Assembly: GCF_006345805.1 (NCBI RefSeq)
Contig: NC_043006.1
Location: 48,236,001-48,300,000 of the forward strand
Source: Octopus sinensis
Lineage: Eukaryota
Length of the DNA: 64,000 nt
Direction of reading: 5' to 3'
Shown: piece by piece, positions 52,302-64,000 of the stretch
Layout of the letters: each line of letters opens with the position of its first letter
How positions within the stretch are numbered: position 1 is the first letter of the stretch
Translations under genes and position numbers: made by a program
Notes under the pieces: generated by a model
The model's database searches: none
What the model was told of the DNA's origin: nothing
Seen by the model: only the letters and a program-made list of their open reading frames with translations

Positions 52302-52773
52302 AATCTATGCATATATATATATATATATACACACGCACCAAGTCACAAAGTCAACTAAAATGTTATATGTATTATGCTATTAGAGCGAAGGGAAGTTCTA
52401 TGTTATTGAAGAAAACAAATCTAAACTGTTATTGCAATAGTAAGGTGCGGTTTCTGGTGATATGGGGGGGGGGGATGGGAGGGCATGAAATAGAAGCCAG
52501 AATGATAACTGGAAGAGAGTAGGTTAGCAGATGTTGTGAAAATAAGGAAATGGTACGTTTGCGACATCAGACATTTCTCAGGTGCGAAGTGAATGAAAAA
52601 GGAATAGGTAAATTCTGAAAGCTCTCTTTATGATTAATTAATAATGTGGGTAAGAAGAATTACAAAAGAAAGTAGGAACGAACGTATACGATATATATAT
52701 ATAATAACATTCATTCGTTCGCTCTGACAGGCATGCGCGTGATTAATACACGCACACATATGCGTAGACGAAC

Positions 52774-53790
52774 ATGTACATACATACATACATACATACA
52801 TACATACATACATACATTCATACATACATACATACATTACATACATACATACATACATCATTACATAACATTCATACTACATACATACATACCACATACA
52901 TACATCATTACATACATTCATACATACATACATACATTATACATACAGCATACATACATACATACATACATACATACATCATCACATACATACATACTAC
53001 ATACATACCTACATACATACATACATACATACATACATACATCATACATACATACATTCATACATACATACATACATACATACATACATGCATGCATGCA
53101 TACATACAACATACATACATACATTCATACATACATTCATACATACATTCATACATACATACATACATACATTCATACATACATACATACATACATACAT
53201 ACATGCACACATATATACATACATACATACATACATACATACATACATACATTCATACATTCATACATACACACATACATACATACATACATACATACAT
53301 ACATACATTCATACATACATACATACATTCATACATTCATACATACACACATACATACATACATACATACATGCACACATATATACATACATACATACAT
53401 ACATACATACATACATACATTCATACATACATACATACATACATACATACATACATACATACATACATACATACATTCATACATTCATACATACACACAT
53501 ACATACATACATACATACATACATACATACATACATACATACATACATACATACATACATACATACATACATACATACATACATACATACATACATACAT
53601 ACATACATACATTCATACATACACACATACATACATACATACATACATACATACATACATACATACATACATACATACATTCATACATTCATACATACAC
53701 ACATACATACATACATACATACATACATACATACATACATACATACATACATACATACATACATACATACATACACACATACATAGATAT
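52774..53790. repeat. ~1 kb (CATA)n array with higher-order duplications
   Basis: Variant acatgcacacatat recurs at 53201 and 53369; cattcatacattcatacatacacac recurs four times. Confidence 0.95.
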
Positions 53791-53888
53791 ACGTGAAGGT
53801 GCGTGTCTTAGGCGCCCTCCTCCTCTCTATGTCTATCTAAAGTATACGTAAGGATATATCTGTCAATACATCTCTTTCACTCTCACTT

Positions 53889-53928
<40 letters not shown>

Positions 53929-54268
53929 ATATATATATATATATATAATATATATATATCTTTTTACCTTATATAAAATGTATATAAATATATATATATC
54001 TTTATATATATATATATATGTAATATTATCTATATATATATATATTTGATTTTTGATTTTGATTTTGATTTTTCCAGTTTCAGCTACTGAGCTGTGGCCA
54101 TGCTGGGGCACCGCCATTTGGTTTGCTACACGATTTTACCTCACGGATGCTTTTTAGCAAACGCCATCTGATGCATGAGAGAGTTCGATGCAGCTGCCCT
54201 CATCTGCACCTCCTGCCGTGAAGTTGGTTCATCCGGGACAGTAGTATATATATATATATATATATATA

Positions 54269-54336
<68 letters not shown>

Positions 54337-54414
54337 ATATTTTATATATATATAACTTAGATGACTTAGATTGGTTTCAGCCATTGTCGGCCTACGCCAT
54401 TAGTAACTCAATAG

Positions 54415-54461
<47 letters not shown>

Positions 54462-55087
54462 CAACAATTGAGGGCAAAACAATTGAGTTCAGTATGCGGC
54501 AAAGTAATTTATTTTACTAAGCCTTATATATATAATATATATATTATATATATACATATTTTCAGATATATGTTAACACACATATCATATATATATATAT
54601 ATATATATATACGAGTGTATCTATACATGTACACACACACACTCATTCACACGCACATATATGAATGATCACAAAATTTTTCGCGTATATAAGTAGAAGG
54701 GCATAGAGAAAAGAAAACGTAACGTTCAATCACAATTTACTGGCAACAGAAGAACGTGTTTTCAGATGTTACGAATATGTATGTACGTGTGTGGGCGCGC
54801 CTCCCTGAGTCAATGCATGTTTGCTCCTTGAATGTCTACGTATATACTTGTGTAAGCTTATGTGTATGTATGGGGGTATGTGTGTGAGTATATGGGAATG
54901 TATGTGTGTCTGTAAATGTGTGTGGATTGAATTTCTTTCACAGGTTTATCTGTAGAACAGAATCTGTCAGTCACGTTATCACTAGTCCAACGTACAATTA
55001 AGATGACTAGGGAAGGCAATCACTGCTGCTTCCCAGCAAATAAAACAAATTGTGAAAAACTAAACAAATGTAAAAAAAAAAAATATT

Positions 55088-55500
55088 GCGCAGGAGTTGC
55101 TGTGTGATGAGTAGCTTGCTAACGAACCACATGGTTCTGGGTTCATTCCAACTGCGTGGCACCTTGGCCAAGTGTCTTCTACTAGAGCCTCGGGCTGACC
55201 AAAGCCTTATGAGTGGATTCGGTAGACGGAAACTAAAAGAAGCCCATCGTATATATGTATACATATATATATGTGTGTGCGTGTATACGTTTGTGTGTCT
55301 GTGTTTGACCCCCCAACATCGCTTGACAACCGATGATGGTGTGCTTACGTCCCCGTAACTTAGCGGTTCGGCAAAAGTGACCGATAGAATAAGTACTAGG
55401 CTTACAAAGAATAAGTCCTGGGGTCGATTTGCTCGACTAAAGGCGGTGCTCCAGCATGGCCACAGTCAAATGACTGAAACAAGTAAAAGCGTAAAAGAGT
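55088..55500 (+). mobile_element. SINE family A
   Basis: Full match. Confidence 0.9.
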
Positions 55501-55774
55501 TAATAATCCGGTGCTTATTCTTGGGAGTTGTATATGCAGGGACAAAATACAATAAAAGGTTTAGTTTAATCTGCCAATATCTCCCAAAATTTTCCGCCAA
55601 GCCAACGAAAGTGAGTTCACTTATTCATTCCACATACTAGAAATAGGCGGTAAATCACTCGCAACTCACAACCTAAAATTTTTAAATTAAATGTTATGTT
55701 GTATAATGCGTAGCTAGATAGATTGTAATTATCAAAAGAAAATCTCATCTTTGGTATGCTTTATTATAGTTGAT

Positions 55775-56012
55775 GACAGAGAGAAAGAGGAGAAATGGAA
55801 AGAAAAGAAGAGACGTCAACAAGAGACTATGGCATTACAACCAGCCAGGAACAGTCTTCGTTACATTTGCGGTACCTGCCAGAGGGAGTGTTTGTCCAGG
55901 ATAGGACTACACAGCCACAGCAGGAAATGTATCAGGACATGAAATATAAAAGCCGGACTAGACTACTTTATGCGCAACTCCGTTGTCTCCCGAGTCAGAA
56001 AGGATGCCAACC
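55775..56012 (+). mobile_element. RTE-clade LINE 3' end
   Basis: YICGTCQRECLSRIGLHSHSRKC is the typical RTE C-terminal CCHC-type motif; 3'UTR ends gtctcccgagtcagaaaggatgcc. Confidence 0.8.
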
Positions 56013-56161
56013 AGAACTTAACAAGTATATTCCAAAAGTAGAAGCAAGCGGTGCGGTTTGAACACATACAATCTTTCATTTCTGTCAAGAATTGGAATGC
56101 GACCATGCAGGAGCGGTGTCGTAAAGAGTTTCAGTAGATCACATCGACCCAAGAATACAAC

Positions 56162-56365
56162 AAGACAGCGAACTTGTAGAATCATTAGCACGTTCAGAGC
56201 TCAGTTTCTGCCGAGGTCGACTTTTCCTTTCAACCTTTTGATATCGACAAAATAAGTACTAGTTGATTACTGGGGGTCGATGAACTAGAAATCACTCGGG
56301 TTCGATGCAAACGAATTACCCCTCCCTTGAAATTGTTAGCCATGTGCCAAAATTTGAAACGAATT
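56162..56365 (+). mobile_element. SINE family B, degenerate
   Basis: gtagaatcattagcacg...ccgaggtcgacttttcctttcaacc...ggggtcgatg. Confidence 0.7.
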
Positions 56366-57950
56366 ATATTCGAATATGATACTTATTTTAGCGAAATCTA
56401 CTGGTCGCGCAGCAAAGGTTCAGAGTATAAACAAATGACGTCAGCGTAGGAACAGAAACATACAAACACTTACATACGAATCTCAGGGGCCCCAAGAATA
56501 ATTCTTTTTATTTGGATAATTCTTCCTGAGCTTAGCGTTCAGCAATTAGTGAAAAATCTATCAACTGGCAGTTAATTGCAATTGAAAGAGTTACAGATTG
56601 CAACATGAGATCTTAATACACCAATGGAAACTAGCCTTGCACATCTGCAGTTTTCACTCACCAGTTTCACTGACAAGGTATAAGACAGCCCAGATATAAA
56701 GCAGAAGACACTCCCTGTGTGAAGAGGTAGACCTGAAGTCGAGATCATGTAGATGTGAAGCGAACTTTTTCATCACGCTTCATGTTTGAGCCCACACACA
56801 CACAACCACACACAAATATGCATGCGAATATGTGTCTGCGTTGGAGGGTATGTTAGTGCATGTGTCTCGATGGGTATGTGGGTGAATGCATGTGTGTTTG
56901 TTTTATGTATTTCAATAGTTATATCATATTATACACTGAATATAACAGCCCTGTCCATACATCTACTCAAACGTATTTGTACAAAGGAGTATATTTGTTG
57001 TATCTACGAGATATTTACGAGATGATTGCCGCAATTTCATTTTATTAACTTTAATTTCAGTTTATTTCCGAACTATATAAGATCATATATGTGATGATGT
57101 GGGAATTGTTACATTGCTAAAAAGAATATTTGCAAACTCTAAAATTTTGTGTTTCCCCAGCCGATACTTTGCCAGTTAAATGTATAATAACTTGTCTCTC
57201 ATGGAGAAGTGTAGGGGCCCTATGCTAATCTATATATACTGTGGTTGTGTTTGTAGCGACCCCAGTGAATTACTCTGCTCGATAGTCTTTAATGATAATT
57301 AGACCGCTCTGGAAAATCATAATTAATAATTTTGTTCCAGATCATCAAGATATCCCTACAAATAAAGTGAAGAGATAAATGTTGGATGTCTTTTATTGTA
57401 GACCAAGACATGAATTTTCACTCGGGGGAAAACCACAAAAATAACAAGAACGGAAACAGATTCATGGAGAAGTACAAAAGCACACACATACACATTTCGA
57501 GAACCAAAGAGCCAACTAGACAGCCATCAAGACAGACAGACAGCTAAACTGACAGACTGACAGACCGGCATCGTCAGTGAAGATACAATAGGCGGACAGA
57601 TGTATGTAAATAGAGACTAAGTGAGCTGTGACTATGAAAACACCATCGTACCTGCTCACATCTGCTAAAACCAACAAAACATTACATACGATCGTTTTAC
57701 GTGATTTAGGAAACAACGTAAACAATACTTCGTATACTAGTTGGATCTGCTGTTATATACGTGTTCGTATGACGTGTGAGTGGGGGAGAGTATTGACATG
57801 TATGCATAGATATGTAGATACATATGGAGGTTGGTATGTGTGTATGTACATGAATATATATATATATATATATATATATTTTTATATATATATATATATA
57901 CGCAGATACACACATATTATGTGGAGAGAATTATATATGTGGAGATATGC

Positions 57951-57990
<40 letters not shown>

Positions 57991-58536
57991 CACACATACA
58001 TACACACATACATACATACAAATGTGTGTACAAACACATGTGCAGTTACATACACTTATTTTTATGTGTTCTTTGGTTTTATCTTTGAAATTCCTCGCCA
58101 ACAGGGAGTGAAACATTTTCTAACTCCAAAGCAAGGTGTATTTTCTACAATATCAAATAGGTTAGTGTTTCTCAAAGGAGGTCTACGCCCCAGTTCAGCA
58201 ACCTGTGAAAAATGGGCGGACCAATTGCAATGAATAATAAAATCAAGTTGGTTTTGAAACTCATTAAGCGTTTTCATATCCATGCTGAAGATAGAATTAT
58301 ATGAGGGTTGGTTTGATCTCCTGCTGAGCTCAAATTTGCACTTCATTTCACAGGGGTTTGAAAATGAAGTACCAGTGAAATACTGGGGTTCATGTAACAA
58401 ATTGGCGCTTTCATTTTAACATTATGGTCTGTGTGTCTAGATGAGAAATAGTTATTAAAGAATTTTACTGTAGTCTTTTATGAGGCTGGAATTTTTCAGT
58501 ATGAGAATTTCTTGGCTATATAGACATGTATGTATG

Positions 58537-58567
<31 letters not shown>

Positions 58568-58599
58568 GCATGTATACGAGAAGACTTGTATATGTATGA

Positions 58600-58795
58600 C
58601 TTCTCTTGCATATACTAGCATATCTACACTTGCTCATATATATTTAAATCATAGACTTCTGGAAAGTTTTACATATCTTTACAGTGCCACTGACTGCTTG
58701 GATCTGTAGTCTTCAAATCAGCTTTCTCCTTTCTAGTTTTGAGAAACTTAATCTCTCAAGATTAATATTTAGGAAGTGTGTTGCATATCCTAGGT
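58600..58795 (-). mobile_element. R4/Dong-clade LINE 3' fragment
   Basis: LGYATHFLNINLERLSFSKLERRKLI*RLQIQAVSGTVKICKTFQK, paralogous to the 59178-59580 copy. Confidence 0.75.
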
Positions 58796-59139
58796 ATGTA
58801 AGTATGAATGTATGTATACATGCGTATGTATGTGTCTATGTATACATGCGTGTATGTATGTCACTGTTCAGTTTTATTTCAAGATTTCTTGCCAGTAGAG
58901 AAAGAGCCGGTTTCAAACCTAGATCCAAGACTCCTTCATTGGAATTTCAACATCAGCAATAGGATAGTTTTGTTTGTATGTATGTATGTATGTATGTATG
59001 TATGTATGTATGTATGTATGTATGTATGTATGCATGTATGTATGTATGTATGCATGCATGTATGTATGTAGCTATCTATCTATCTATCTATGTACGTATC
59101 TGTGCAGATTTGAATGTTTCGCTTTATATATATATTTTA

Positions 59140-59583
59140 ATGCACATAGTCACATATCTAGACATGATCATATATATTTAAATGATAAACTTCTGGAAAG
59201 TTTTACAGATTTTTATAGTTCCAGCGATGGATTGGATCTGTGGTCCTCGAATTATCTTTCCTTTCTGGTTTTGAGAAGCTTAATTTCTCAAGATTGGTAT
59301 TTAGGCAGTGTGTTACATATCCCAGTGCTCCAATAATTACATGTATAAACCTGAACTTGTAATCTGGATAGAGTAACTGCAGATTTCTCAATAGTTCAGT
59401 GTAGGTGTTCTCTTTGTCACTGATTTTCAGCTTTATGTCAACATCTGCTGGACAGCTAATTTTCACAACTATTCACCGTTTTTATTCTCTATCCCAAATC
59501 ATAATATCAGGTCTGTTGTGCTTACATTTTATTGAGGTCTTCACCGGGACATTCCACCAGTACTCCTCTTTATTATGAGTGGA
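59140..59583 (-). mobile_element. R4/Dong-clade LINE 3' end with restriction-like endonuclease domain
   Basis: KHNRPDIMIWD...ISCPADVDIKLKISDKENTYTELLRNLQLLYPDYKFRFIHVIIGALG: PD-(D/E)xK RLE signature, disrupted. Confidence 0.85.
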
Positions 59584-60399
59584 TGTATGTATGTATGTAT
59601 GTATGTATGTATGTATGTATGTTTATATGTACCGATATGTGGAAATATGTATAGGAATGTTATTGTGTGACGTGTTACGATATTATTCAGATAAATTCCA
59701 TCGCCAAAACTTGTTCAAAATTAATTTTGTCTGAACGAATTCCATGTTTTTAATAGTCTATACTGAAGCCTGTCAATATGATTCCAGTATTCAGCAGCCT
59801 GGCTCTAAGATATATAAAATATATAACTTTCCAGGAATATAAGATTCTAAATTAACAAAATATAAACTCCGTTGTTACAGGCCAATTTCTAGCCTTTCTG
59901 TTAACTAATCTCACTGAAAATGTCACCATATTTACAAACTGAAATAAACGACGATATCAACTCATTTCTCGCTTTACCGCTCAATTCCCTCATTAAACAG
60001 GATGAATATATCTACAGTCAACGAGAAACAATTTAGATCACGAAATACTGAAAACAAATTGACAAATGAATATATAAATAAATAAATGAAGACTGGAAGA
60101 GCTAGGAATGCTAAATTCCACGTATTTTACGTCGTTATATACATTTTAAAATTCCCTTTTTTATATATTTTATTCAAAGGCTATAAGAATCATGTTGATC
60201 GCCATGATAAGCTTGTGGAACGGAAATTTCCATCAATTCTAATGATAGGCCCGCAGCAATATTTTGCTGACGAGTATTCCAAAGTAATTAGTTTGGAACC
60301 TTGTGGCTTCAATTCGCTTTCAATTCACTCCTTAACTCACTGCTTTCTTTAAATTCTTCCCTACACTTCTTTTTGTTTTGACGCCATTGATAATATATA

Positions 60400-60444
<45 letters not shown>

Positions 60445-60639
60445 ATGCATAAATAAATACATACATACATATACACTCACAGGTATTTTATTCTGTTTTT
60501 ATCGCATTCTGATTTTTCTGAAATGTTCAAGTGTTGTATACGTGGTAGTGGGGTTCCGCTACACGATACAGCTTTTGTTAGGGAAAACGTAGCTGGAATA
60601 CCCCGGTCTTCAAAAGATTTCTTCCAGTGCAATTGTTTT

Positions 60640-61150
60640 CCCAGTGTTCATGGTATTGTTGGTGTCGAAATTGGTAACATTGGTGTTGACGGTGATGATG
60701 ATAATAGCAGCATTGGTGATGGCTGACTAGGTGTCGGTATGCTTGGTGGGGGGAGCGTCGTGGTGAGGAGTCGTCGTGATGAGGGGTCGTGGTGGTGGTT
60801 TGGTGGTGCTGGTGGTGGTGGTCGTCGTGGTTTGGTGGTGGTGTTGGTGGTGGTGATTTGGTGGTGGTGGTTGTGATGATGAAGATGGGGCTTGTGATGG
60901 TGATGGTGATGGTGCGGGTGGTGCTAGTGGTTGTGATGATGGAGATGGCATTTGTGATGGTGGTGATGGTGATGGTGATGGTAATGTTGTCGTTGATGAT
61001 GAAGAGGGGCGGTTTCGTGCTCGTGGTGACGGTGGTGTAGGCGATCGTTGTGATGAAGACGGTGCTTGTGGTGATGAAGGTGGTGGTGATGGTTTTGGTG
61101 GTGGCAGTGGTGGCGGTGGTGGTGCTGGTTGTGGTGTTGGTTGTGGTGGT
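60640..61150. repeat. Cryptic (GGT/GAT)n low-complexity tract
   Basis: Direct reading. Confidence 0.9.
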
Positions 61151-61381
61151 GATTGTGGCGGCGGCGGCAGAAGTCAATCCATTTCCTATTAACGCCCAAT
61201 TAAAATCACGCAAGCATCCAACGTCCCGACACTTAGACTTTTAATTAATTTCAATTCTTCAACGAAAAGCGATGCAATACTTTGCTTTGCTCTAATTTTT
61301 TCTTGAGCAAATTGTGTCACCATCTTTGTAAAGACAACTACAACAATATTGATATCAGCAATAACAACAACATTACCACTA

Positions 61382-61416
<35 letters not shown>

Positions 61417-61681
61417 AGCAGCAACAAGAACGGCAACAACAATAACAACAGCAACTACCACGACGATGAAGATGATAACCACGAGGACAAATTACAAAGA
61501 CAATAACAACAGTATTGATGGATTGAGGAAGAATGAATGCAACCCCCCCCCCACACACACACACACATACACGCACGTGCGCACACGGACACCCACACAG
61601 ATATAGAGAAGGAAAGAAAGTAGAAGGACACGAAGAAGAAAGTGAAGGGGAGGAGGGGAGGAGGAGGGCAAGAAGAAGAAG

Positions 61682-61712
<31 letters not shown>

Positions 61713-62517
61713 GAAGAAGAAGAAGAAGAAGAAGAAGAACAACAACAACAACAACAGGATGATCTCAACTATAACAGCATCAACAACAACTACAAGACAG
61801 CGTCAACAACAGCCACACTAATAAAAAAAATTGGTGAAGAAGACTACAATATGTGGCAAAAATTTTTTTAATAAAACTCCCCTCCCCGCTCCCGCCCTCC
61901 AAAAAATAGATGATTAAAAGACAAAACACATCGCAGTGAAATTATTAAGGAAGAGGAAGAATGCAAGAGACAAGAGAGAACTCAAGTCTTGTGTTCTAGC
62001 TAATTTTCGAAGCCTCGCCGTTGGATATATGCTTGTATGAGATGTGGCTAAAGAGAGTCTAACTGATTAGAAGATAATTAAGAAGGATTTTTTTTGTCTT
62101 TTAATTTTTGGCATGTTAGCCAAGAGCGAAACTATCAAACAGCATTCAAACATCAAAATATTTTAGGAAGGCTGTGAACAAAACATTGTTGTTTTTAGAA
62201 TTTAACAAGTTAGACACACACACACCTCACACACATATCCAAAACATACACTCTCACCTACACACACCTAGACACAAACATTTTATATGCATGTTGGGGT
62301 ATGCAAAGAAGAGATTAAATTTCTATTAACAGAAGTTGAGTATAAATGTTAGTTGTTGTGTTGAGATTATCACACTATTTCTACTCAGAGTTTGATATAT
62401 GCTCCTGATCGTGCAAGAAGTTTATGATATACAAAGACATTTCTTTGAAAGTATAAAGTGTTTCACACGAGTGGACACTCTATGGGTGGAAAACTGGTCG
62501 CTTGAAAAGTAATAGAA

Positions 62518-63996
62518 TACGAGGTAATATCAAAAAAGTTCCTGGATTAATTATGTTTAATAAAAAAAATAGCTTATTCACCTGTTTTAACAGCATCTAA
62601 TTCGAAATAGTCACCTTGCGCAGCAATACACCGGTCCCGATGTTCCTGCCACTTTTGGAATCCAATCTGGAAGTCATTTTCCGAAAGTGAATCGAGGACC
62701 TCCTGCCAATCGCTCTGGATCTCGACAACGGTGTTAAAACGGCGACCATTGAGCTGTATTTTCATCAATGGGGAAAAGATGGAAGTCCACAGGGGCTAAA
62801 TCTGGCGAATAGACCGGGTGTAGAAGCGATACCACGTTGTTTTTTCGGTGAAAAACTCACGAGTGTGGAGCGCTTGGTGAAGAAACCAATTCTTCGCGAT
62901 CCATAGATCCGGTCTTCTTCCCCGAATGTCCTCTCTCAAACGCTTCAAACCTCTTAATTGATGGTCTGGCTCTGGGGGACGAATCCTCGTTGTACAATAC
63001 AGCGGATGTCGAAAATATGATGAATATGCTTCTGATTGAACTGCGGGACTGTCGTGCCTTCTTCGGTCGTGAAGATGAAGGCCTCTTGCATTGTGACGAG
63101 TGCTGCTTCGTCTAACAGTCGCCACCCGTAGACCCAACTCTCGTCACTGGTGATGATCCTTGACATGAAGGATGGGTCGTCAGCGGCACGCTGATGGAGA
63201 TCCTGACAGACTTCGACGCGATGCTCTCTCAGCTCACTGGCCAGCAGGCAGGGGGAAAACTTGTCAGAGACACGTCGCATGTTCAATTCAGACGTTAGGA
63301 TTGCCTGCAAAACACCTTACGACAGACCAGCAACATCAGCAATATTGTTGATTGTCCTCCGACGATCCTCATACACAATCTCATTAATTTACTCCACATA
63401 AGGGTGACGCTCGTGCCATTTCCGAAGGTGACGCACGTGACATTTCCAAAAGTGATGCTCATAGCAAATCTACTCGCGCACCGTCCTCGAGGAAGGTTCT
63501 TCCGATTTTGAAGAGCCTGTACCACTCGAAACATTGCATACGACCCATTGCCTCATCACCGTAAGTTTATCGAAGCATGTTCGATATCTCTGTAGCAGAC
63601 TTTCCAAGTTTAACACAAAATTTCACATTGGCTCTTTGTTCCAACTTCCTTTCCATGACAAAAATCGCAGACCACAATATACACGCGATCACAAAATCTC
63701 AAATTTCACAAATTACGAATAGAGCACAGCGATGTTTCTCAGCACACTGCTTCATGAAGGCCACTGCTAGCTCTCACTGCGCACGCACCCGTGTTCTGGC
63801 ATCTGTTGGCGTGCACAAAAAGAAAATGACTCTCCCCAGACACAACAATCTTTTTCTTCCTTCGGGAGATGGGATAAAAACGAAATTTTTAAAAGAGTGT
63901 TTTCGTTTAATTATTTATCACTCATGAACAGCATTAGATAGCAGAATAGTAAAAGAGGCAGACAACTAGTCAGGAACTTTTTGATACCACATCGCA
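62518..63996 (-). mobile_element. Near full-length mariner DNA transposon
   Basis: TIRs TA-cgaggtaatatcaaaaaagttcctggatta (62520-62549) and revcomp cgatgtggtatcaaaaagttcctgacta (63967-63994). Confidence 0.9.
62574..63656 (-). pseudogene. Mariner (DD34D) transposase pseudogene
   Basis: MERKLEQRANVKFCVKLGKS, MRRVSDKFSP, ITSDESWVYG, YSPDLAPVDFHLFP, GDYFE; stops, frameshifts and a deletion near the second catalytic Asp. Confidence 0.9.
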
Positions 63997-64000
63997 CCTT

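Noticed and set aside
52733-53851. 372-aa and 340-aa ORFs
   Set aside because: Translations of (CATA)n, which lacks stop codons in these frames
1-64000. Conserved microRNA genes
   Set aside because: I saw only seed-length matches (e.g. tattgcac, ttattgctt), with no full mature sequence or hairpin; a miRBase/MirGeneDB search is needed to exclude lineage-specific ones

Overview
Eukaryotic, AT-rich, extremely microsatellite- and retroposon-dense DNA with one 100-N scaffold gap (25869-25968). The repeat repertoire ((TA)n/(CA)n/(CATA)n arrays, several tRNA-derived SINE families, mariners, R4/Dong and RTE LINE ends) looks like an Octopus (coleoid cephalopod) intergenic or large-intron region; the taxon call is an inference from recalled repeat families. 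No intact protein-coding gene can be supported. Almost all listed ORFs are microsatellite read-throughs; recognisable coding remnants are transposon pseudogenes (near full-length mariner at 62518-63996, other Tc1/mariner pieces, R4/Dong, HERO-like and RTE fragments). The most notable structures are: (1) a modular SINE system in which the same tRNA head carries four different tails and one tail is shared by two heads, with TSDs showing the chimeras moved as units; (2) SINE multimers built from a ~170-185 bp B-box module; (3) a minimal hammerhead-ribozyme fold in a Penelope-like element in (TA)n, plus two decayed relatives; (4) Helentron/Lep1-like elements with swapped internal cargo; (5) several long palindromes/foldbacks; (6) one well-bounded candidate exon (33870-34004). 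Family labels A-E are my own working names. Coordinates were read by eye and element ends are approximate.
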